Part shown: positions 38,248 through 46,805 of the stretch, piece after piece
How positions within the stretch are numbered: the stretch's first letter is position 1
How the letters are laid out: each line of letters opens with the position of its first letter
From: a virus
Strand: one strand, 5' to 3'
Virus record (IMG/VR): IMGVR_UViG_3300028837_000933
Location: 57,821-121,820 of that record
Length of the DNA stretch: 64,000 nt
The notes under the pieces: model-generated
The model's database searches: none
Told to the model about the DNA's origin: nothing
Seen by the model: the letters and a program-made list of their open reading frames with translations, nothing else
Position numbers and translations under genes: made by a program

Positions 38248-38543
38248 CTACGAAGAAGGACGAGACCAAGATGATCCAGGTGACCGCGGTGGCTCAGTTC
38301 CGGTTCCACGGCCCGCTCACGGGCGATGTGTACGGTCCCGAGCGCGTGCTGGAGCTTCCTCTGGATGGCGCGGTTCTCTGTTCGCGGGTGAGGTTCAAGA
38401 CGTTCGTCCAGAGCCTGCTCAAGCGAGCCGGCACCAGCACGTTCCACGCACGCCATGCCCTGGCCGATGAGGCTATGGCTCACTTTGACTGGATCGCACA
38501 ACAGGCCGAGGAGGCAGCGAGTGGCGGCAAAGAAGACGGGTAA
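38244..38543 (+). CDS. Hypothetical protein
   Basis: ATGA overlap. Confidence 0.6.
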   Translation: MTTKKDETKMIQVTAVAQFRFHGPLTGDVYGPERVLELPLDGAVLCSRVRFKTFVQSLLKRAGTSTFHARHALADEAMAHFDWIAQQAEEAASGGKEDG

Positions 38544-38799
38544 GCGTCTGCGGCTAGGCCGCGGACGCAACACGATAGCCGTGGGCCAGATCCGCAAGCA
38601 TCTGCTGACCGTCCAGGCGTGCCGCGGTTGTGGCGCAACCATGACAGACGAGATGATCCAGATGTGGTACGAAACCTGGAACAACGAGATACACCCGTTC
38701 ACCGTTGTCTGTCCAGAGTGCGACCAGCGAAACCGAGTCCATCCGTCTGTCGGCATCAGCTTCTACGTGGGCAAGCCCGCGCCGCTGGAGAAGGAATGA
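38521..38799 (+). CDS. Zn-ribbon protein
   Basis: CRGC...CPEC; RBS GAGGAGG. Confidence 0.65.
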   Translation: MAAKKTGKRLRLGRGRNTIAVGQIRKHLLTVQACRGCGATMTDEMIQMWYETWNNEIHPFTVVCPECDQRNRVHPSVGISFYVGKPAPLEKE

Positions 38800-39257
38800 G
38801 TGGACCGCGCCCCAAACGCACGCCACCACTGTCGAAGAGAGAAGCTATGTATCTAGCCCTTTGCACCACTGATCCTGCCGAGTACGGACTCGAAGAGAGC
38901 GAGTGCTGGTCCCACGGCTCCTATTGCCGCGCCGCCATCGAATGGGTGACGGCACCGGACACGGGGTTTGCAGAGACGGCGCCGACCGCTTTCCTGCAAG
39001 CCACCGCCGCATGGGGCCACATCACCCACTGGGCCATTGTAGATTCGCCCGTCCGCGGTCAGGGCCGCATCATCGTTTCCGGTGCGTTCCATGTTGCCCA
39101 TGACGTTCTCACGGGCGATACGGTCAAGGTCGATTCCATGCTTCTGACGTTCAGCAACGGAACCATCAGAGAGGAAGAGATGCCCGAGCCTGAGCCGATG
39201 CCAGCGCTGAAGTCGGGCGAAGAGTACGAATTGCCGGACCTGACGTACTATTTTTGA
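38796..39257 (+). CDS. Single-domain paralog of the structural protein at 3050-3868
   Basis: YLALCTTDP...GSYCR...AT.AWG.ITHWAIVD matches YVALCTADP...GSYAR...ATGSWGTVTHWAIVD. Confidence 0.75.
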   Translation: MSGPRPKRTPPLSKREAMYLALCTTDPAEYGLEESECWSHGSYCRAAIEWVTAPDTGFAETAPTAFLQATAAWGHITHWAIVDSPVRGQGRIIVSGAFHVAHDVLTGDTVKVDSMLLTFSNGTIREEEMPEPEPMPALKSGEEYELPDLTYYF

Positions 39258-39350
39258 GCCATACCGTTACCATAGCAACCGCAACCATGACCCAATCGCC
39301 CACGCGGTTGGGTCGTTTGATTAGGTACAACACAGAAGGGAGCGTGTACA

Positions 39351-39446
39351 ATGGAAGTGATAGTCGCCTTGATCGTTGGCGCCGCCATCGCCCTAATCGG
39401 CATCCTGGTCGGCACGTGGATCGTAGGCAGGGAGAGAGAGAAGTGA
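39351..39446 (+). CDS. 31-aa membrane peptide
   Basis: MEVIVALIVGAAIALIGILVGTWIVGREREK after promoter motif and RBS. Confidence 0.55.
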   Translation: MEVIVALIVGAAIALIGILVGTWIVGREREK

Positions 39447-40126
39447 ACAAGAGATGTGGTATCAGGAAGTGCCAACGCATCGCCGTCTACACCGTCAACG
39501 ATGGAGAGTCCACCGTGGATGTGTGCGGCCAGTGCGCAGATGCTATGAAAGTCGCCATTCCGAATCTCGAGCGTCGACCTTTAGCGGAATCGCTCGCCAC
39601 CCTGGAAGGCGCGAACTGCGTCCTGATCCTTGGGCGCCGGCTCCGCACGTACCACGCCGTGGCAGTTGCCCGTGATGAGAAAGGGCTCCCCGTCTGGTCA
39701 GAGAGCCGCGTGAAGTGCGACCAGCCGCTACCGAAAGATGACCAGTTCCGCATCCCTGGCCCAGTTCTTGCCCACGATTACGACCACAACGTGCATCCAT
39801 GCAAGAAGTGCGGGCCAGCCACCGCGATGGAGTCGCTGTACAAGCGGCAGCAGGCGCACAATCTCGCTCTGCTCAAGCAGTGGCACAGGGAGTGGGAAGA
39901 GCACCACCTAGCCAAGCGAAGGGCCGAGCAGGAGTTGAGCCGTATCAGAACCCAGGCATTCGACCTCAACCACGCCACGCTCGGAATCCCAGAGGCCCTC
40001 AAGGTAGGTGACTACACGTTTCCAATCGCCATCGGAATGGTTCAGTTGTGGATCGAGAACCACGCAGACAATCAGCCGAACGCAATAGGCTGGTCCAAGT
40101 GGATCTTGCCCGATAGCCACGAGTAG
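39443..40126 (+). CDS. Hypothetical protein with Cys clusters
   Basis: GTGA overlap; C....C...CxxC. Confidence 0.65.
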   Translation: MNKRCGIRKCQRIAVYTVNDGESTVDVCGQCADAMKVAIPNLERRPLAESLATLEGANCVLILGRRLRTYHAVAVARDEKGLPVWSESRVKCDQPLPKDDQFRIPGPVLAHDYDHNVHPCKKCGPATAMESLYKRQQAHNLALLKQWHREWEEHHLAKRRAEQELSRIRTQAFDLNHATLGIPEALKVGDYTFPIAIGMVQLWIENHADNQPNAIGWSKWILPDSHE

Positions 40127-40186
40127 TACCCAATCGCCCTACCCGCCAGCACGTTATACACTCATACCACAGAGAAGGGAGACCGG

Positions 40187-41185
40187 ATGCAGCCTAACGC
40201 AAAGAAAGTCAACCATGTGCCCTGCGCGGAGATCATCGCTGGCGACAACGACCGTCAGGAGTTCGAGACCCAAGCGCTACAGGCGCTTGCGGAGAGCATC
40301 GCGGATCAGGGCTTGATCCAGCCTATCACCGTCCGCCCCCTGTCTTTCTGTCCAGAGTGCAACACTCGCCGCGCCATTCTGGACGATCAGACCTGGGTGG
40401 ACTGTCCCGCGTGCGGCGCGTCAACGATCTATATGTACGAGATTGTCGCCGGCGAGCGCCGTTTCCGAGCCGTTTCCATCGTGCTCAAATGGCAACGAAT
40501 CGCCGCGTTCATCGTCCCTATGTCGGACGAGGATACAGACGGCGTGATGCTGGCCGAGAACATCGCGAGGGCGGATCTGTTGCCCATCGAAGAGGCCAAG
40601 GCGTACAGGAAACGCATGGACAAGCACGGCTGGTCCAAGACCGAGACAGCGAGGCGGTCCAACGTGAGCGAGGGCATCGTGAGCGGTCGGCTCAAGTTGC
40701 TTGAGCTTACCGAACCGATTCAGCGGATGGTCAATCAGGGAGATTTGCCCATCGCGTTCGGTGAGGCCATGTCGGGACTGAACTCCGACCGCCAACAGAT
40801 GGTGCTCACCTGGCTTGGCAAGATGAACAGTCGTCCGAACGTGGACACGTTCAAGGCGTACTGCACAGAGCTTCTGATCCAGCAGCAACAGGCATCGATG
40901 TTCGATATGACGGCGCTCTTGTCGCCCCAAGTGATGACCATCGTCCAGGCCAACGGTGGCAAGCTCGAAGAGATTCTACCGCGCCGCAACGACTTGCCGG
41001 AATTGCCCCGCAAGATGGGTGGCCTGGCTCGCGTCCTGGACGAGTACATCGTTGAACTGCTCACCGCCGACCCCGATGCCGCCCTGGTTCTGATGGACTT
41101 TTGGAGCAAGCTACTTGGTGCCAACTACGCCAAGATGGCACCGCTCGAGAGCCAGACCGTCAAGATTCTGGCCGGGAAAGCGTAG
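40187..41185 (+). CDS. parB: ParB/Spo0J family protein with a Zn-ribbon insertion
   Basis: LAESIADQGLIQPITVRP...YEIVAGERRFRA, ENIARADL.PIEEA, HTH; CPEC...CPAC inserted between the boxes. Confidence 0.88.
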   Translation: MQPNAKKVNHVPCAEIIAGDNDRQEFETQALQALAESIADQGLIQPITVRPLSFCPECNTRRAILDDQTWVDCPACGASTIYMYEIVAGERRFRAVSIVLKWQRIAAFIVPMSDEDTDGVMLAENIARADLLPIEEAKAYRKRMDKHGWSKTETARRSNVSEGIVSGRLKLLELTEPIQRMVNQGDLPIAFGEAMSGLNSDRQQMVLTWLGKMNSRPNVDTFKAYCTELLIQQQQASMFDMTALLSPQVMTIVQANGGKLEEILPRRNDLPELPRKMGGLARVLDEYIVELLTADPDAALVLMDFWSKLLGANYAKMAPLESQTVKILAGKA

Positions 41186-41199
41186 AGAGGAGAACGCGC

Positions 41200-41529
41200 A
41201 TGTTGGATGAGGTTTTCATGTTGGATGCAGAGGATGGAGAGAGCGAGGCCGATCCGTTCCCGCCAGGAGAACTGCTACAGCTGAATGACCGCGAACAGGC
41301 TGTCTGTCCCGAGTGCGGTGAACCAGTCGAGGGAGTAGCGAAAGTCGCTTTTGATCGATTCAGGATCGGCTGGGACTCAGCCACTGAATGCTGGAAGTAC
41401 GATGTGATTTTCGGTGGAGCCCGGATCATCGACTCGGAACTGACCCGACTGTACTGTGACTGCGGATGGTCGAATGACTCACCACCCAGCGTTCGTATCG
41501 AAGGGCGTGACGGGTTTATCTACGAGTGA
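41200..41529 (+). CDS. Zn-ribbon protein
   Basis: CPECG...CDCGW. Confidence 0.65.
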   Translation: MLDEVFMLDAEDGESEADPFPPGELLQLNDREQAVCPECGEPVEGVAKVAFDRFRIGWDSATECWKYDVIFGGARIIDSELTRLYCDCGWSNDSPPSVRIEGRDGFIYE

Positions 41530-41540
41530 AAGGAGCGAGC

Positions 41541-41915
41541 ATGAGCGACAATGTGCCAGTAAAGGAGCCCCCGCTGGAAAGAATCGGTTACGCTATGCGT
41601 GAGTTGTTTGAAGGCTCTAGGGATATGGCCCTAGGCAGCCAGGACTTGCGCGAGGTGATGCAAGATGCCGGGCTGATTCTCAAGTTCGTGCAACGCGACC
41701 TTGAGGCCGCCCAGGCGGAAGCCGAGACCGCGGCAGAAGACGAGGACGAGTTCTATTCCGCCGACCTACCGAATCCCTTTGAGATGGGGTCATGGGCCGC
41801 GGTCGGAACATACGACACGCTGGCCGAGGCTGTGGCAGAGTTGCGAGAGCTTGGCTACCACGTGGATGACGAGGGCCGTCTAGCCCTGATCTCGCACTGT
41901 GAGGGCCGCGTATGA
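41541..41915 (+). CDS. Acidic hypothetical protein
   Basis: RBS AAGGAG. Confidence 0.65.
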   Translation: MSDNVPVKEPPLERIGYAMRELFEGSRDMALGSQDLREVMQDAGLILKFVQRDLEAAQAEAETAAEDEDEFYSADLPNPFEMGSWAAVGTYDTLAEAVAELRELGYHVDDEGRLALISHCEGRV

Positions 41916-42220
41916 CCACTGATGAACAGTTCGCCCCACCAGAAACGATCAGCGTTGACGACAAGGATATGCTGCTATGCCCTAGGTGCGGACAGCATCT
42001 GGTCGGTGATGCCGACCTCACGTACACAGGTTTCAAGGTTGGCTGGAACCAAGACGACACTTTCCGATTCGATGTCGAAAAGGGCGACTTGGCGTTCAAA
42101 ACGCTCACGTCACTGACCTGCGAGGCGTGTGGCTGGACGACCTGGGACCCCCAGGATCACCCGATCAAGTGGACGATCAAGGGCGTGCTGGTAACGCCCA
42201 CAAACGAGGAGGGAACATGA
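41912..42220 (+). CDS. Zn-ribbon protein, paralog of 41200-41529
   Basis: CPRCG...F.VGW...CEACGW. Confidence 0.7.
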   Translation: MTTDEQFAPPETISVDDKDMLLCPRCGQHLVGDADLTYTGFKVGWNQDDTFRFDVEKGDLAFKTLTSLTCEACGWTTWDPQDHPIKWTIKGVLVTPTNEEGT

Positions 42221-42654
42221 GCGCTGACACAGAGCACGGAAAGAAACGAGAGGAAGAGGCGGTCATTGTCGCTATGGAGTGGCGAGATGGTAGGCCGTTC
42301 GAGGTCATCGTCTGTACGGAGACGTATTGTGACCTCTACGATGTCGAATGGTCACAGAAACATGGGCAGTTGTTCTGGCACCTATCGGGTGGGATGCCGA
42401 GAGATACAGTGCAGGAGCCTAGCGCTGGTCTGGAGCACTTGCCACCGGGCGTCACTACGTTTGAGGCATTGTGCGAACGCCTGGAAATGCACCAAGGGGA
42501 AGTAGTGTACTGTCAGGAATGTGATGACCACTTACCTACTAGTGGTGATTTGTGCGAGCATATCTGGTGGGACGATGAAGGTGGCTGGTGGAGCGGTCCC
42601 GGCTATGTTGAGTGCACCCACCAAGCCAAAGAGAGGAGACAACATGAGCACTGA
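42217..42654 (+). CDS. Hypothetical protein with Cys/His cluster
   Basis: CQEC...CEH. Confidence 0.65.
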   Translation: MSADTEHGKKREEEAVIVAMEWRDGRPFEVIVCTETYCDLYDVEWSQKHGQLFWHLSGGMPRDTVQEPSAGLEHLPPGVTTFEALCERLEMHQGEVVYCQECDDHLPTSGDLCEHIWWDDEGGWWSGPGYVECTHQAKERRQHEH

Positions 42655-43018
42655 CACAGAGCACATAGACGAGGATGGTTTCGCGAAGATGGAAAGCCAA
42701 AAGTCCTGGCGCGAGCATGGCGGCAGTCACTGTCCCTGGTGCGCAGCAACGGATGTGGAGGGCGACAGCGTGGAGATCACCGAGGAAGGCGCAGAGCAGA
42801 TCGTCAACTGTCTGTACTGCGGCGGGAGCTGGATGGAGCATCACAAGCGCCACGCCTTCGAGGTCCTCAGCGAGCCCACGCTCAGTTGTGGCGAGGTCGA
42901 CGAACTCGAAGAGCGGGTGATGGCCGAGGCGGACCGCCTTGACGAAGTCTTCGGCGCCATCGACCTGCGCGGCAGTTGGGCCGAGGCTCAGGCGGAGGCG
43001 AATCTCGCATGGCAGTAG
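42644..43018 (+). CDS. Zn-ribbon protein
   Basis: CPWC...CLYCGGSW. Confidence 0.7.
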   Translation: MSTDTEHIDEDGFAKMESQKSWREHGGSHCPWCAATDVEGDSVEITEEGAEQIVNCLYCGGSWMEHHKRHAFEVLSEPTLSCGEVDELEERVMAEADRLDEVFGAIDLRGSWAEAQAEANLAWQ

Positions 43019-43197
43019 ACGCCGCAACCCGATTCACGTTGAGCTTGTCAGGAGCCGCTGGCGGCTGCGTTTGCTGGCGACTCCTGGCCAATGGACGCAA
43101 TACCGGCGTCTCCGGCGTAACGTCCAAGGACAAGATCCGCGAAGACTTTCCGCAGATCAAGGCCGACTACCTGGCACAAAAGGCCGAAACGGAGTAG
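43009..43197 (+). CDS. Small hypothetical protein
   Basis: RBS GGAGG. Confidence 0.5.
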   Translation: MAVDAATRFTLSLSGAAGGCVCWRLLANGRNTGVSGVTSKDKIREDFPQIKADYLAQKAETE

Positions 43198-43200
43198 AAT

Positions 43201-43491
43201 ATGGCGCACACAAGGACACGAACGCTTCTTGTGGCCGAGGTCAAGGTGGATGGGCAGACCTGGAACGTAGGTTTTCACGGCACGGTCGAGAATGGCTTGC
43301 TCAAGGAGTGCGAACTGATCGACTGTGCCGGCGAGGGTCATACAATCTGCCTGTCCAGTCCCGCCGATGTCGATGCGCTCAAGGTGGCCCTAGAGGATTT
43401 TGGAGCACAACTGACACGGACGATGGACACCCACCTCGCGGCCGCGAAGTTGTTCGCCACTATCGATCCAGAAGAGGAGGTGATCATGTGA
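43201..43491 (+). CDS. Hypothetical protein
   Basis: Operon ORF. Confidence 0.6.
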   Translation: MAHTRTRTLLVAEVKVDGQTWNVGFHGTVENGLLKECELIDCAGEGHTICLSSPADVDALKVALEDFGAQLTRTMDTHLAAAKLFATIDPEEEVIM

Positions 43492-43928
43492 GAGTCCATA
43501 CAGCCGGCTACATCGGAGCCTGGACGCTGGCAACCCTAGTCGCTAAGGTCGAGGAGATAGACGCCGTTGTTGTCGACGTGCGTCTTTCGCCACGTTCCCG
43601 CAATCCCCAATGGCGCGGGCCGACTTTGGCATCGGCACTCAAGGAGCGCTACGTCCACATTAGAGAGTTCGGCAACGTCAACTATCGCTTGCGCGGGATG
43701 CACAACGTGCGTCTGAAGGACTTTGTGAAAGGAGTCGCGAAACTGGATCTGATGAACCAGCCTGACGTTGTGCTGTTGTGTGCCTGTCGCGACTACGATC
43801 ATTGTCATCGGAGCATCATCGTAGATATGCTTCTGGAGCAACACGCTGACCGCTTCGAGTACGAGGGCGAACTGTTCCCCATTGGCTACAAGCCGCCGCC
43901 TGTAGTCGAACAGTCAAGTTTTTTGTAA
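43488..43928 (+). CDS. DUF488-family protein
   Basis: HTAGY...VVDVRLSPRSR...YVHI..FGN...LLCAC.D...CHR. Confidence 0.8.
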   Translation: MRVHTAGYIGAWTLATLVAKVEEIDAVVVDVRLSPRSRNPQWRGPTLASALKERYVHIREFGNVNYRLRGMHNVRLKDFVKGVAKLDLMNQPDVVLLCACRDYDHCHRSIIVDMLLEQHADRFEYEGELFPIGYKPPPVVEQSSFL

Positions 43929-43947
43929 CGTTTTGCACACAGCACAG

Positions 43948-43981
43948 AAAAAAGCCGCGTCAGGTATTGGCGCGGCTTTTT
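43948..43981. terminator. Bidirectional intrinsic terminator
   Basis: AAAAAAGCCGCG...CGCGGCTTTTT. Confidence 0.8.
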
Positions 43982-44053
43982 GCGTCCCCCCCACCTGGCT
44001 AGGGAACGCCCAGGCCCTCTTTTCTATGCAATTCCCATCGGAACCACATAGGG

Positions 44054-44082
44054 TTGACAAGCTGAGCCAGATATGGTATAAT
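44054..44082 (+). promoter_or_regulatory. Perfect consensus sigma70 promoter
   Basis: TTGACA-17 nt-TATAAT with TG extension. Confidence 0.85.
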
Positions 44083-44087
44083 GTACT

Positions 44088-44250
44088 CGCCAGGGGCCAG
44101 GCCGAGCACTTAGCGTAGGTGACGACCCGAGAACCCCGCAAGCGGACGCTAGTGGCGATGCCCTGACGAGGGCAGCCGTAGGCCAGCGGTAGCCGCTAGG
44201 ACAGACGCTCCACAGGGGACGCGGTGTTATCGGACTGGTTCTTGTTTTCT
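44088..44250 (+). ncRNA. Candidate small structured RNA
   Basis: No ORF after the consensus promoter. Closing stem 44094-44109/44224-44241, internal hairpins, then a TTGTTTT tract. Confidence 0.6.
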
Positions 44251-44258
44251 AGGTGCCG

Positions 44259-44690
44259 TTAGGTGCCGTTACGGAACCCGTTGGAAACAAAACCGTGAGT
44301 AAGAGTCCCCGTGGAGCCAGCTACGCCACCCGCAACGACAGCCCGCCAGAACCATTCTACCGTCCAAGGCGCATAGCCGACTGCCGCCGTTAGTAATGCG
44401 AAGAGCAGGGGCACTGCCAGCGCGATGAGGAAAAAGATAATTCGTTTAGTGAGTGGCCGCATGTTCTCAAAAGGCTTTGGAATGTACTCCATGACGAGAC
44501 CGATTACAATGCCGATAGGAATTGCCGCCATCGGTCCCGACATAGCGAAGAGGAACCCCTCAAGCGTGGCGAACTCTGGAGGCGCGGCCTGCGCGTAGAC
44601 GGTCACCGCCCCAACCAGCAAGACGATGACCGCCAAGAACACAACCAGCACAACGCGTTTTCTCGTGACGTACTGAAACATGACTTTCAC
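44259..44690 (-). CDS. Multi-pass membrane protein (holin-like)
   Basis: Four hydrophobic segments; own promoter; the only convincing minus-strand gene in the right arm. Confidence 0.65.
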   Translation of the reverse strand: MKVMFQYVTRKRVVLVVFLAVIVLLVGAVTVYAQAAPPEFATLEGFLFAMSGPMAAIPIGIVIGLVMEYIPKPFENMRPLTKRIIFFLIALAVPLLFALLTAAVGYAPWTVEWFWRAVVAGGVAGSTGTLTHGFVSNGFRNGT

Positions 44691-44714
44691 CCCCCGTTGA
44701 GATAATATGCCGCC

Positions 44715-44743
44715 AGTATAGCACAGTTCGGCTCAGATGTCAA
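44715..44743 (-). promoter_or_regulatory. Sigma70-type promoter
   Basis: TTGACA-17 nt-TATACT. Confidence 0.8.
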
Positions 44744-44766
44744 GGACTACACCCAACGTGTAAGGC

Positions 44767-44795
44767 TTGCAGAACCGCCGGAAGTGTGCTATACT
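44767..44795 (+). promoter_or_regulatory. Divergent sigma70-type promoter
   Basis: TTGCAG-17 nt-TATACT with TG extension. Confidence 0.7.
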
Positions 44796-44812
44796 ACCGT
44801 CAAGGAGGGAGT

Positions 44813-45289
44813 ATGACGGACCAGCCCAACTACGAAGTCCTAACGGCGACCGAGTACCGCCAGCGCCTTCGGGCAACCACCCAGACCAGCCGCATAGCGT
44901 TCATCCTCAACCGCCAACGACCCGCCGCGGCCCTGGTTCCCTTTATTTTCCCCGTCCCCACCGAGCGCGTAGAGGCAGACACCCGCACACTGGCCGAGGC
45001 GATCAACGCCAACGGCGCCGCTGATCATCCAGTGCGTTTCTCCGTATGGGCCATGAGTGACGTACATCGCCGCATCGGGGATGTGTTCAGAGAGATGATC
45101 CGCGGCAACCTTATCGCGCTTCAGAACTTCGCAAACGTGATCGGCTGCTTGCTGCCGCTACCCGAACCAATCACAGCAGAGCAAATGGACGAGATGGCCA
45201 ACCGTCTTTACCGCGCCCAGAAGGCTATCGCTTCGGATCTCGCGGAGACCCTGGCCGCGGATGTACCCGATCTTGGCGGCGATGAGTGA
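44813..45289 (+). CDS. Protein with two Phd/YefM-like segments
   Basis: LTATEYRQRL...RPAAALVP and AMSDVHRRIGDV...VIGCLLP. Confidence 0.5.
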   Translation: MTDQPNYEVLTATEYRQRLRATTQTSRIAFILNRQRPAAALVPFIFPVPTERVEADTRTLAEAINANGAADHPVRFSVWAMSDVHRRIGDVFREMIRGNLIALQNFANVIGCLLPLPEPITAEQMDEMANRLYRAQKAIASDLAETLAADVPDLGGDE

Positions 45290-45473
45290 GCTTACTCCGG
45301 AACAGAAGGATCTGGTGATGGACAAGCTGATCTACATCGCCGCCGGCGTAGCCTTCGAGCGCGACCGCTGCCTCAATGCCGTGTTGGACTATCTCGAACG
45401 CTACGAGGACGAGCTTGGCCCCCTGTCCCTTAGACTATTCAGGGAGTTGCGTGATGACATCAGCGAACCATGA
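45282..45473 (+). CDS. Small hypothetical protein
   Basis: Overlapping start. Confidence 0.55.
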   Translation: MSELTPEQKDLVMDKLIYIAAGVAFERDRCLNAVLDYLERYEDELGPLSLRLFRELRDDISEP

Positions 45474-45708
45474 CACCGACCGTCCCGAGCCCTATCCTAC
45501 CGAGCCGTGGCCAATCCCGCCCGCTCGCCACCAACAGTCGGCTGACCACGAGGCTTGGCCAGTTGACCAACGCGAGTGGTCGCCAACCGAACCATCGCCC
45601 GAACACGTAGAGGCGATAGAGCGGCTATTCGCTCCCCCAACACCCCAGCAAATGGGTGTCATGCGCCGCTGGACCAACCGTGTTCGCAACGCGATCATGC
45701 GCCGTTAG
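45454..45708 (+). CDS. Pro-rich hypothetical protein
   Basis: RBS GGGAG. Confidence 0.5.
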   Translation: MTSANHDTDRPEPYPTEPWPIPPARHQQSADHEAWPVDQREWSPTEPSPEHVEAIERLFAPPTPQQMGVMRRWTNRVRNAIMRR

Positions 45709-45733
45709 TCAGCTGCGTCGGCCCTTGCCCCGC

Positions 45734-45761
45734 TTGACAATTTGCACGAAATGTGTATAAT
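45734..45761 (+). promoter_or_regulatory. Sigma70-type promoter of the phage sigma gene
   Basis: TTGACA-16 nt-TATAAT. Confidence 0.75.
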
Positions 45762-45788
45762 ATACCCACCATAGAGAAGGAGGGAACG

Positions 45789-46415
45789 ATGCAAAGCGGA
45801 CGGCAAGCCAAAGTATGGAACCTCTACGACCCCCAGGACTACGCCGAGTTGTACAAGCGCGTCAGATCAGCTGCCACGGTCGTCTGCCGTGGCCCAGAGG
45901 ATTACGAGGACGCAGTAGCGGATATGCTCGCCGCCCTGGTCGAGCTTCACGCCACCAAGCCGCAAGTGTTCACTCAGACCCCGAGCTACATCGTGAACGG
46001 TGCCAAGTTCAAGGCTCTCGACATTCGACGTCGAAACGCCAAGGACCAGCTGGACAGGCGCCACGCCAACATCGCCCTGGATGATTCGAGAGAGGGCAAG
46101 GATGGCGCCGGCCGCCCGCTGCATGAGGTGATCGCCGGGGATGACTCACCCGACATTGGCTATCTCAGGCGCAAGTATGGCGAGGCCGTTATCGCCGCCT
46201 TGAAGGACGCGATCCGCAACCTGGTGAGTGATGAGGATGACGAGAGAGGCATGATTCGCCAGACCATCATCCTGCGCCGTTTCTGGATGGGCGAAACGGT
46301 CAGCCAGATCGCCCGACATCTAGGAATCCCAAAGGGCACCGCTTGCACGTACTCCGCCCAGGCGCTCCGCCAACTGAAAGAGGCCATGGCCCCGGTCAGA
46401 ATCGAATGGGCCTAG
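45789..46415 (+). CDS. Phage RNA polymerase sigma factor (ECF-like, regions 2 and 4)
   Basis: DYEDAVAD...SYIVNGAKFKALDIRRR (region 2); GETVSQIARHLGIPKGT...QALRQLK (region 4 HTH). Confidence 0.82.
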   Translation: MQSGRQAKVWNLYDPQDYAELYKRVRSAATVVCRGPEDYEDAVADMLAALVELHATKPQVFTQTPSYIVNGAKFKALDIRRRNAKDQLDRRHANIALDDSREGKDGAGRPLHEVIAGDDSPDIGYLRRKYGEAVIAALKDAIRNLVSDEDDERGMIRQTIILRRFWMGETVSQIARHLGIPKGTACTYSAQALRQLKEAMAPVRIEWA

Positions 46416-46426
46416 ACTCACAGCCA

Positions 46427-46459
46427 AGAGAGCGCCGCCATGAGCGGCGCTTTTTTGTT
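46427..46459 (+). terminator. Intrinsic terminator
   Basis: AGCGCCGC-CATGA-GCGGCGCT then TTTTT. Confidence 0.8.
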
Positions 46460-46805
46460 CCAGCGCTCAATCAATTCTGAGTTTTTGCGTTAGATAGATA
46501 GGTGAGCGCGGTGGCCGAGTCCGCGGCCTACTGATACGCTCTTCTTCTCTGTGAGGGTTGCCCAGCATCGCAAGGTGCTGGGCAGCTTTCGTTTCCCCCG
46601 CAAGCGTGCCATAAACGCGCCATAAACGCGACAAACGCGCCATCCAGCTCAATCAGATCGTAGCAAATCACGTTAGATACGTGCCTAGTGTTCGTGTGGC
46701 CCACAACACGGCACGAAGGCACTTCTTCCTTTGTTCGGCCCGTGGCGGGGCTGTACCCCCGCCACGGGCAAGGGGAGCCACATAAACCACAGACAGGGAG
46801 GGCAC

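Noticed and set aside
44160-44175. CTGACGA hammerhead-like core
   Set aside because: No downstream GAAA with matching stems; the motif lies within a simple hairpin
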